Assembly: GCF_046105845.1 (NCBI RefSeq)
Contig: NZ_CP151004.1
Length of the DNA stretch: 64,000 nt
Strand: one strand, 5' to 3'
Origin: Escherichia coli
Lineage (GTDB): Bacteria; Pseudomonadota; Gammaproteobacteria; Enterobacterales; Enterobacteriaceae
Below the pieces are notes generated by a model. That model was not told the DNA's origin and made no database searches. It saw nothing but the letters and a program-made list of their open reading frames with translations. Positions 56,564-64,000 of the stretch are shown here, in pieces (position 1 is the stretch's first letter; every line of letters begins with the position of its first letter). The translations under genes were made by a program, and so were the position numbers.

Positions 56564-56890
56564 TTAAAATTTTCGCACCCATTTACCGTTTATCCCTTGT
56601 ACATATTCCCCCGGTTTAGCCCGAGCTACGAGCTTTTGCCCGGCGAGTTTCGCGATATCATCTACCGAGACATTATTTTGCTTTGCCAGTTGTTGGTAAC
56701 TCGCTTTACGTTCGGCATTAATGTCGTTTACTAATTTCTCTGTTTCAGCATCTGTTTTCAGCGCAACCAGATAACCATAAAATGTTTCCCCTACCCGCCC
56801 CTGAGTTCTGGCTTCATCCAGAGTCAATGCCATTACATTGCTGCTTACCAGCCCAACAAGAAACGCACAAAGAAGTAATGTTTTCTTCAT
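56564..56890 (-). CDS. ydbL: DUF1318 periplasmic protein
   Basis: Track ORF 56564..56971; start at MKKTLLLCAFLVGLVSSNVMA... gives 108 aa. Confidence 0.8.
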   Translation of the reverse strand: MKKTLLLCAFLVGLVSSNVMALTLDEARTQGRVGETFYGYLVALKTDAETEKLVNDINAERKASYQQLAKQNNVSVDDIAKLAGQKLVARAKPGEYVQGINGKWVRKF

Positions 56891-56897
56891 CATCGCC

Positions 56898-57083
56898 TCA
56901 AAAAAGATCGCTACGAGTCTCAAGCAGCTCTTCGACATCTTTGTCTGCCTTGATGATGATCTCATGCTCAATTTTAACGTTCATATTGATAGTGATTGGT
57001 TCCTTAGGTGCAGCGACTTCAATGCGAGGCGTACAGCCAACCAGCATAAAAGATGACGTCAACGCAGCCAGTAAAATTTTCAT
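56898..57083 (-). CDS. ynbE: small lipoprotein
   Basis: 61-aa ORF with lipobox (MLVGC); stop/start overlap with ydbH. Confidence 0.8.
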   Translation of the reverse strand: MKILLAALTSSFMLVGCTPRIEVAAPKEPITINMNVKIEHEIIIKADKDVEELLETRSDLF

Positions 57084-59719
57084 TGTTTTTCCTCACACTC
57101 TTTTCCTTGCGGACAGTCATTTCCCGGCAGACGTGCGTTCTGCTCCAACCATGCCTGGAGATTATCGCCAAAGCGTAAACTGCGCCACAGCGTAAAAATA
57201 TTCTCTTCGTGATGGTAATTAAGGTTTACCGTACCGCTTTTACCATCAACGCGACTGGTACCTGTAATGTTGGCCTGCATGGTTAATAAACCGAGATTAT
57301 CTAAGTTAATTTTTGTCGATGAACGGCTAATTTCCATATAGCGCAACCAGTTAATTGCTGAACCCGCAGTCATATTGTCTTTTACCACCGCATCAGCAGT
57401 GTCTTTATCCAGCCGCAAGGTCATTGGCCCGCTATTTGCCAGCCAACCATCTTTCACTATCCATTTTTCGTTGTTTAGCCATAACGGCAATGCACCACTA
57501 AATGCCCCGGACATGGCGAATTGTTTCGGATTGACGGCGCTAACCAGTTCGCTGGATGAGAGATTATTCAGCCGCAACAGCGCCGGGTCATGTTGCGGCA
57601 TACGTAATTGTTTCATCAGCACGTTACCGCCTAACACATCGACGCTAACATCAGTCAACAGCAATGGTTCTTCTTCAGTCCACGGATAACGCCCTTGCAA
57701 ATCAGCCGTAATATTTTTCGCTGTCACCAGATTAATCACTTCGGCAATTCGCAACGTAACGGGGCCGCGAGTCCCCAGATGCCAGGCTCCATCGGCAAAA
57801 CGGAAAGGCAGGACAAAATCGACACCGTTAACCTGATTATCTGGCATCCAGGCACTACCGCCTTTCAACACACCGTGCCCTCCCGCGCGGAATCCTTGTT
57901 CAGGCGCAGCAGAAAATGCAACCTGGGCATACAGTTCGCCATCGCGTAAGTTCATCTTCCAGTCGGGTGGCACCAGCGGCTGGAATACAGTTAGTGATTG
58001 TTTAGGCCACCAGGCGTTACCGCGCAGACGAATACCGTCCCAGCGACCATTTACCCGAACCGGGCCAATCTCACCAGCATGTAAATCGCCTTTAAAGAGG
58101 AAATACGTCGGATCGCGTCCATCGACGCTAAATTTTAAGGTTGATGGCGGTAACACACTGCCGCCAGTGAACAGCGTTTGCCCGGCGTCCAGTGACAGCG
58201 CGCCGCTAAAGGAGGGATGCTGTGCGTCACGTACCCAGACGACGGGCTTATCGAGAATTAGTCGCGGCTTTTCTACCGTCATCGTACCGTATTGTAACTG
58301 GTCGAAACCGGTGGAGAGATCGGTCAGCGTAATCGTGCTGTCATGCCACTCACCCTTTCCTGCGACATCCCAGGTGGCATTCATCGGTGTAAAACTGCCT
58401 TTTCCCCAGTAGCGCCACTGCCAGCGGCCAGCGTCAGGGAGAAAATCATTCGCCAGTCCATCCATATGCAGCACGAAATCGCCCAGTTCATTTTCATGCG
58501 CCTGCAAAATGGCCTGCAAACGTCCGTCAACACCACGTTGGGTGACTTTTACACCCGCTAAAGGCCAGCGGATTTCATCGATGTCCAGCGAATCGATGAC
58601 TCTTCCCTTCGAACGTAATAACGCGCCTGGCTCAAAGGCCAGCGTTGGGTCAGTCAGACTTCCGCTTAGCTGCGCAGGTAAACGGGCATATAAAATGAGG
58701 TCCGCCTGTTTCGCTTCACCGGTCAGTTGCATAGGCAGCTGGCTGTTATCCATGCTTAATTTTCCAGGGCCAAAATTAAGCACCGCGTTGCCCTTACCCG
58801 CTTGCCCCTGGGTCAGCACACTCAGTCGTCCGCTGACCAGAGCGTTCTCGAGCCCTGCCTGCCAGTTGTCGACTTTGACACCCAGTCGGCCACTCAAAGG
58901 AAAACCTGCATACGGCCAGCTCCAGCGACCATCGCTTACGGTCAATTGTTGACGAGTAATTTGCCACGGCAGATCGAGCAACGGATCACCGTTATCCTGT
59001 GCCAGCACAATCAATTGCCCGCTATTTTCCTGCCAGTCCAGCTCGGCATCCACCAGTGAAGGCTCCTGCGGCAAGTTTAACGTCGCAGTAGCATGACCAC
59101 TTACAGGAAGTCCATCCGGCACGAGCGGCATAGTAAATTCCCCCACCAGTTTAACCGGCGGCTGATTTTCAAACGCGACGACATCCAGTTCGCTGACTGT
59201 AAGTTGTTGCCCTTTCAGCTGGCCTTGAAATTTAACTTTTTCGCCCTGATAACGCAGTTGCTGGATATCAGAGGTTAACGCGAGAGAGAGTTTTCCCTGC
59301 CACTCCTGCCAGGGAGAAAAAATCAGTTTATCGATATTGATCCAGGTGTTAGGCAACATGGCCTGCCACTGCGCGAGGGTTTTTGGAGCGGCAGGCGATT
59401 GCTCCGTCTGCGGCAATTTCGCCAGACAAGCAGAATCAAGTTCTACCGTGCCGACGTTCAATAACCAGCGGCTGGGATGTGAAAGGCTGGCGTTGGTGAT
59501 ATGCGCAAGCTGACAATCTCCCACCAGATAACGGAGATCGGGGATGATTAAACCTTTACGCGTAATACGTGGGCTTTCATCTAATGCAATACGTGTCCCG
59601 AGCGGTAGCCAGATGCCCGCCAGCGTGGGAACCCACAAGCCGAGCGTCATCAGCAGCGTCAACGGCACAAGAATAATCAGTAATAACAGCGCGAGAACGG
59701 CTTTATTTTTACCCAGCAT
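57080..59719 (-). CDS. ydbH: large AsmA-like/DUF748 envelope protein
   Basis: 879-aa ORF with N-terminal TM anchor; first gene of the ydbH-ynbE-ydbL unit. Confidence 0.85.
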   Translation of the reverse strand: MLGKNKAVLALLLLIILVPLTLLMTLGLWVPTLAGIWLPLGTRIALDESPRITRKGLIIPDLRYLVGDCQLAHITNASLSHPSRWLLNVGTVELDSACLAKLPQTEQSPAAPKTLAQWQAMLPNTWINIDKLIFSPWQEWQGKLSLALTSDIQQLRYQGEKVKFQGQLKGQQLTVSELDVVAFENQPPVKLVGEFTMPLVPDGLPVSGHATATLNLPQEPSLVDAELDWQENSGQLIVLAQDNGDPLLDLPWQITRQQLTVSDGRWSWPYAGFPLSGRLGVKVDNWQAGLENALVSGRLSVLTQGQAGKGNAVLNFGPGKLSMDNSQLPMQLTGEAKQADLILYARLPAQLSGSLTDPTLAFEPGALLRSKGRVIDSLDIDEIRWPLAGVKVTQRGVDGRLQAILQAHENELGDFVLHMDGLANDFLPDAGRWQWRYWGKGSFTPMNATWDVAGKGEWHDSTITLTDLSTGFDQLQYGTMTVEKPRLILDKPVVWVRDAQHPSFSGALSLDAGQTLFTGGSVLPPSTLKFSVDGRDPTYFLFKGDLHAGEIGPVRVNGRWDGIRLRGNAWWPKQSLTVFQPLVPPDWKMNLRDGELYAQVAFSAAPEQGFRAGGHGVLKGGSAWMPDNQVNGVDFVLPFRFADGAWHLGTRGPVTLRIAEVINLVTAKNITADLQGRYPWTEEEPLLLTDVSVDVLGGNVLMKQLRMPQHDPALLRLNNLSSSELVSAVNPKQFAMSGAFSGALPLWLNNEKWIVKDGWLANSGPMTLRLDKDTADAVVKDNMTAGSAINWLRYMEISRSSTKINLDNLGLLTMQANITGTSRVDGKSGTVNLNYHHEENIFTLWRSLRFGDNLQAWLEQNARLPGNDCPQGKECEEKQ

Positions 59720-59926
59720 GGGTAGTTAATATCCTGATTTAGCGAAAAATTAAGCATTCAATACGGGTATTGTGGCATGTTTAACCGTTCAGTTGAAGGT
59801 TGCGCCTACACTAAGCATAGTTGTTGATGAATTTTTCAATATCGCCATAGCTTTCAATTATATTTGAAATTTTGTAAAATATTTTTAGTAGCTTAAATGT
59901 GATTCAACATCACTGGAGAAAGTCTT

Positions 59927-60916
59927 ATGAAACTCGCCGTTTATAGCACAAAACAGTACGACAAGAAGTACCTGCAACAGGTGAACGAGTCCTTTGGCTT
60001 TGAGCTGGAATTTTTTGACTTTCTGCTGACGGAAAAAACCGCTAAAACTGCCAATGGCTGCGAAGCGGTATGTATTTTCGTAAACGATGACGGCAGCCGC
60101 CCGGTGCTGGAAGAGCTGAAAAAGCACGGCGTTAAATATATCGCCCTGCGCTGTGCCGGTTTCAATAACGTCGACCTTGACGCGGCAAAAGAACTGGGGC
60201 TGAAAGTAGTCCGTGTTCCAGCCTATGATCCAGAAGCCGTTGCTGAACACGCCATCGGTATGATGATGACGCTGAACCGCCGTATTCATCGCGCGTATCA
60301 GCGTACTCGTGACGCCAACTTCTCTCTGGAAGGTCTGACCGGCTTTACTATGTATGGCAAAACGGCAGGCGTTATCGGTACCGGTAAAATCGGTGTGGCG
60401 ATGCTGCGCATTCTGAAAGGTTTTGGTATGCGTCTGCTGGCGTTCGATCCGTATCCAAGTGCGGCGGCACTGGAACTCGGTGTGGAGTATGTCGATCTGC
60501 CAACCCTGTTCTCTGAATCAGACGTTATCTCTCTGCACTGCCCGCTGACACCGGAAAACTACCATCTGTTGAACGAAGCCGCCTTCGATCAGATGAAAAA
60601 TGGCGTGATGATCGTCAATACCAGTCGCGGTGCATTGATTGATTCTCAGGCGGCAATTGAAGCGCTGAAAAATCAGAAAATTGGTTCGTTGGGTATGGAC
60701 GTGTATGAGAACGAACGCGATCTGTTCTTTGAAGACAAATCCAACGACGTGATCCAGGATGACGTGTTCCGTCGTCTGTCTGCCTGCCACAACGTGCTGT
60801 TTACCGGGCACCAGGCATTCCTGACAGCAGAAGCACTGACCAGTATTTCTCAGACTACGCTGCAAAACTTAAGCAATCTGGAAAAAGGCGAAACCTGCCC
60901 GAACGAACTGGTTTAA
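59927..60916 (+). CDS. ldhA: fermentative D-lactate dehydrogenase (2-hydroxyacid dehydrogenase family)
   Basis: 329-aa ORF with NAD-binding GxGxxG (GVIGTGKIG) and catalytic residues. Confidence 0.95.
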   Translation: MKLAVYSTKQYDKKYLQQVNESFGFELEFFDFLLTEKTAKTANGCEAVCIFVNDDGSRPVLEELKKHGVKYIALRCAGFNNVDLDAAKELGLKVVRVPAYDPEAVAEHAIGMMMTLNRRIHRAYQRTRDANFSLEGLTGFTMYGKTAGVIGTGKIGVAMLRILKGFGMRLLAFDPYPSAAALELGVEYVDLPTLFSESDVISLHCPLTPENYHLLNEAAFDQMKNGVMIVNTSRGALIDSQAAIEALKNQKIGSLGMDVYENERDLFFEDKSNDVIQDDVFRRLSACHNVLFTGHQAFLTAEALTSISQTTLQNLSNLEKGETCPNELV

Positions 60917-60922
60917 TCTTGC

Positions 60923-60950
60923 CGCTCCCCTGCATTCCAGGGGAGCTTAT
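60923..60950 (+). terminator. intrinsic terminator after ldhA
   Basis: gctcccctg-cattc-caggggagc hairpin followed by ttattc. Confidence 0.5.
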
Positions 60951-61026
60951 TCAGATAATCCCCAAAGACCTTTCATCCTCTATTCTTAAAATAGTCCTGA
61001 GTCAGAAACTGTAATTGAGAACCACA

Positions 61027-61449
61027 ATGAAGAAAGTAGCCGCGCTCGTTGCGCTAAGCCTGCTGATGGCGGGATGTGTAAGTAATGACAAAATTGCTGT
61101 AACCCCAGAGCAGCTACAGCATCATCGCTTTGTGCTGGAAAGCGTAAACGGTAAGCCCGTGACCAGCGATAAAAATCCGCCAGAAATCAGCTTTGGTGAA
61201 AAGATGATGATTTCCGGCAGCATGTGTAACCGCTTTAGCGGTGAAGGCAAACTGTCTAATGGTGAACTGACAGCCAAAGGGCTGGCAATGACCCGTATGA
61301 TGTGCGCTAACCCGCAGCTTAATGAACTCGATAACACCATTAGCGAAATGCTGAAAGAAGGTGCACAAGTGGATCTGACCGCGAACCAGTTAACGCTGGC
61401 GACCGCGAAACAGACATTAACTTATAAGCTAGCGGATTTAATGAATTAA
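61027..61449 (+). CDS. hslJ: heat-shock lipoprotein HslJ (META domain)
   Basis: Track ORF 61015..61449; start at MKKVAALVALSLLMAGC (lipobox) gives 140 aa. Confidence 0.85.
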   Translation: MKKVAALVALSLLMAGCVSNDKIAVTPEQLQHHRFVLESVNGKPVTSDKNPPEISFGEKMMISGSMCNRFSGEGKLSNGELTAKGLAMTRMMCANPQLNELDNTISEMLKEGAQVDLTANQLTLATAKQTLTYKLADLMN

Positions 61450-61712
61450 TAGCTGCCACAGCTCCCGGCGGCAAGTGACTGTTCGCTACAGCGTTTGCCG
61501 TTGGGTAATGCACACATCCCAATCGCCGTACCATCCAGTTGACGGGCAACAGAAAGCGAACCGCCGATCATTGCACAATTTGCTTCTCCACTACTGGACA
61601 TCGACGCTTTTAAACCTGGCGCTACGTGCGCCGCAGTCGCCTGCTGAACAGGTTCACTACTACACGCCGACAACAATAAAGCGGCACACCCTACCCAAAA
61701 CGCTGCTCGCAT
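61446..61712 (-). CDS. ydbJ: small periplasmic DUF333 protein
   Basis: 88-aa ORF with lipoprotein-like signal (LLLSAC). Confidence 0.75.
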   Translation of the reverse strand: MRAAFWVGCAALLLSACSSEPVQQATAAHVAPGLKASMSSSGEANCAMIGGSLSVARQLDGTAIGMCALPNGKRCSEQSLAAGSCGSY

Positions 61713-61985
61713 CTTTTCTTCCTCTGATCTTCAAGCCAAACGACACCGCCATAAATAATAGGCAGCACAGAGGGCGACGTCGAGAGCTGTCCTGCGCGTT
61801 GCCCCGCATTTTTACTTTTTTATGGCTATTTTTTTGCCCTCTGTTTGATCAAAACATTCATTACGCTGATGTGGGGGACACAAAAGCGAAAATGCAGAAG
61901 AAAGCCATTTGCTAAAATTGAAAGATAACTACTGGGCGCGCAGCAATTTCGTGCGCCCCTCATTTGCGCAATGTAAGGGTGTCAT

Positions 61986-64000
61986 ATGATTACTATTGAC
62001 GGTAATGGCGCGGTTGCTTCGGTGGCGTTTCGCACCAGTGAAGTTATCGCCATCTACCCTATTACCCCCAGTTCCACGATGGCAGAACAGGCTGATGCAT
62101 GGGCAGGAAACGGCTTAAAGAACGTTTGGGGAGACACACCACGCGTGGTTGAAATGCAGTCGGAAGCGGGTGCTATCGCTACCGTGCATGGCGCTTTGCA
62201 GACGGGTGCCCTTTCAACATCGTTTACGTCATCGCAGGGTTTGCTGCTGATGATCCCGACGCTGTACAAACTGGCAGGCGAACTGACGCCATTTGTCCTG
62301 CATGTAGCGGCACGTACCGTTGCCACACATGCACTCTCTATTTTTGGCGATCATTCCGACGTTATGGCGGTGCGCCAGACGGGTTGCGCGATGTTGTGTG
62401 CAGCAAACGTCCAGGAAGCGCAAGACTTTGCTCTTATTTCGCACATCGCGACGCTGAAGAGTCGCGTGCCATTTATTCATTTCTTTGATGGTTTCCGCAC
62501 GTCCCACGAGATCAATAAAATTGTCCCGCTGGCCGATGACACTATTCTTGAACTGATGCCGCAGGCCGAAATTGATGCTCATCGCGCCCGGGCACTCAAC
62601 CCGGAACATCCGGTGATCCGCGGTACGTCCGCCAATCCTGATACTTATTTCCAGTCTCGCGAAGCCACCAACCCATGGTACAACGCGGTCTATGACCATG
62701 TTGAGCAGGCGATGAATGATTTCGCTGCCGCGACAGGTCGTCAGTATCAGCCGTTTGAGTATTACGGGCATTCGCAAGCGGAACGGGTGATTATCCTGAT
62801 GGGCTCTGCCATTGGTACCTGTGAAGAAGTGGTTGATGAACTGCTAACCCGTGGCGAAAAAGTCGGCGTGCTGAAAGTTCGCCTGTACCGTCCCTTCTCC
62901 GCCAAACACTTGCTACAAGCTCTGCCGGGATCCGTACGCAGCGTGGCGGTACTGGACAGAACCAAAGAACCAGGTGCCCAGGCAGAACCGCTCTATCTGG
63001 ATGTGATGACCGCACTGGCAGAAGCCTTTAATAATGGCGAGCGCGAAACCCTGCCCCGTGTCATTGGTGGGCGCTATGGTCTTTCATCCAAAGAATTTGG
63101 CCCGGACTGTGTACTGGCGGTATTTGCCGAGCTCAACGCGGCTAAACCGAAAGCGCGCTTTACGGTTGGTATTTACGATGATGTGACCAATCTGTCACTG
63201 CCGTTGCCGGAAAACACCCTGCCAAACTCGGCGAAACTGGAAGCCTTGTTTTATGGCCTTGGCAGTGATGGCAGCGTTTCCGCGACCAAAAACAATATCA
63301 AGATTATCGGTAATTCCACGCCGTGGTACGCACAGGGCTATTTTGTTTACGACTCCAAAAAGGCGGGCGGCCTGACGGTTTCTCACCTTCGCGTGAGCGA
63401 GCAGCCGATTCGTTCCGCTTATCTCATTTCCCAGGCTGATTTTGTTGGCTGCCACCAGTTGCAGTTTATCGATAAATATCAGATGGTTGAACGTTTAAAA
63501 CCTGGCGGCATTTTCCTGCTCAACACGCCGTACAGCGTAGATGAAGTGTGGTCGCGCTTGCCGCAGGAAGTTCAGGCCGTGTTAAACCAGAAAAAAGCGC
63601 GCTTCTATGTGATTAACGCGGCGAAAATCGCCCGCGAATGTGGCCTGGCGGCCCGTATTAATACCGTCATGCAGATGGCTTTTTTCCATCTGACGCAAAT
63701 TCTGCCTGGCGATAGCGCCCTCGCAGAATTGCAGGGTGCGATTGCCAAAAGTTACAGTAGCAAAGGTCAGGATCTGGTGGAGCGCAACTGGCAGGCTCTG
63801 GCGCTGGCGCGTGAATCCGTAGAAGAAGTTCTGTTGCAGCCGGTTAATCCGCACAGCGCCAATCGACCGCCTGTGGTTTCCGATGCCGCTCCTGATTTCG
63901 TGAAAACCGTTACCGCGGCGATGCTCGCCGGGCTTGGTGATGCCCTCCCCGTTTCGGCGCTGCCGCCAGACGGCACCTGGCCGATGGGCACCACGCGCTG
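61986..64000 (+). CDS. ydbK: pyruvate:flavodoxin/ferredoxin oxidoreductase, N-terminal part (3' end outside window)
   Basis: ATG at about 61986 opens a frame to the window end (MITIDGNGAVASVAFRTSEVIAIYPITPSS...), the PFOR N-terminus; not in the track because no stop lies inside the window. Confidence 0.85.
   Translation, partial: MITIDGNGAVASVAFRTSEVIAIYPITPSSTMAEQADAWAGNGLKNVWGDTPRVVEMQSEAGAIATVHGALQTGALSTSFTSSQGLLLMIPTLYKLAGELTPFVLHVAARTVATHALSIFGDHSDVMAVRQTGCAMLCAANVQEAQDFALISHIATLKSRVPFIHFFDGFRTSHEINKIVPLADDTILELMPQAEIDAHRARALNPEHPVIRGTSANPDTYFQSREATNPWYNAVYDHVEQAMNDFAAATGRQYQPFEYYGHSQAERVIILMGSAIGTCEEVVDELLTRGEKVGVLKVRLYRPFSAKHLLQALPGSVRSVAVLDRTKEPGAQAEPLYLDVMTALAEAFNNGERETLPRVIGGRYGLSSKEFGPDCVLAVFAELNAAKPKARFTVGIYDDVTNLSLPLPENTLPNSAKLEALFYGLGSDGSVSATKNNIKIIGNSTPWYAQGYFVYDSKKAGGLTVSHLRVSEQPIRSAYLISQADFVGCHQLQFIDKYQMVERLKPGGIFLLNTPYSVDEVWSRLPQEVQAVLNQKKARFYVINAAKIARECGLAARINTVMQMAFFHLTQILPGDSALAELQGAIAKSYSSKGQDLVERNWQALALARESVEEVLLQPVNPHSANRPPVVSDAAPDFVKTVTAAMLAGLGDALPVSALPPDGTWPMGTTR

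Overview
The window is an Escherichia coli-type chromosomal segment that I recognise, from memory of the K-12 map, as the pfo(ydbK)-to-narU interval in reverse-complement orientation. I find no convincing evidence of a new, undescribed system. The most informative signals are structural differences from the K-12 arrangement, all of which need alignment to confirm.

Gene content, in window order: narU (3' end), the narZYWV nitrate reductase Z operon, yddE, nhoA, yddH, an AT-rich island with a decayed H-repeat/ISAs1-family transposase, yncG, ansP, yncE, yncD, mcbR, curA, mnaT, ydcZ, ydcY, ortT, yncL, patD, ydcVUTS, ydcR, a hicB remnant, yncJ, ydcP, ydcN, ydcO, ydcL, tehBA, ydcK, rimL, ydcH, opgD, ydcJ, ydcI, trg, the hokB/mokB locus, ydcA, the sRNA rydC, cybB, gapC, aldA, ydcF, hrpA, azoR, ydbC, paaY, paaX and feaR fragments, ydbL, ynbE, ydbH, ldhA, hslJ, ydbJ and the 5' part of pfo/ydbK.

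I saw no rRNA, tRNA, CRISPR array or intact prophage or insertion sequence.

The window is more compact than the K-12 arrangement as I recall it. Segments that appear absent are the paa cluster with tynA and feaB (leaving a paaX'/feaR' scar), ydbA with its IS2/IS30, ydbD-ynbABCD, IS609 insQ, hicA with the 5' part of hicB, and the rhsE-ydcD-yncI-pptA block (replaced by the AT-rich island). gapC appears intact here, whereas I recall it as a pseudogene in K-12.

Gene identities rest on reading the supplied ORF translations against remembered protein families and K-12 gene order; no database search was possible. Starts that I moved inside a track ORF, and all features I placed by hand (small ORFs, sRNA, hairpins, REP elements), may be off by a few nucleotides.
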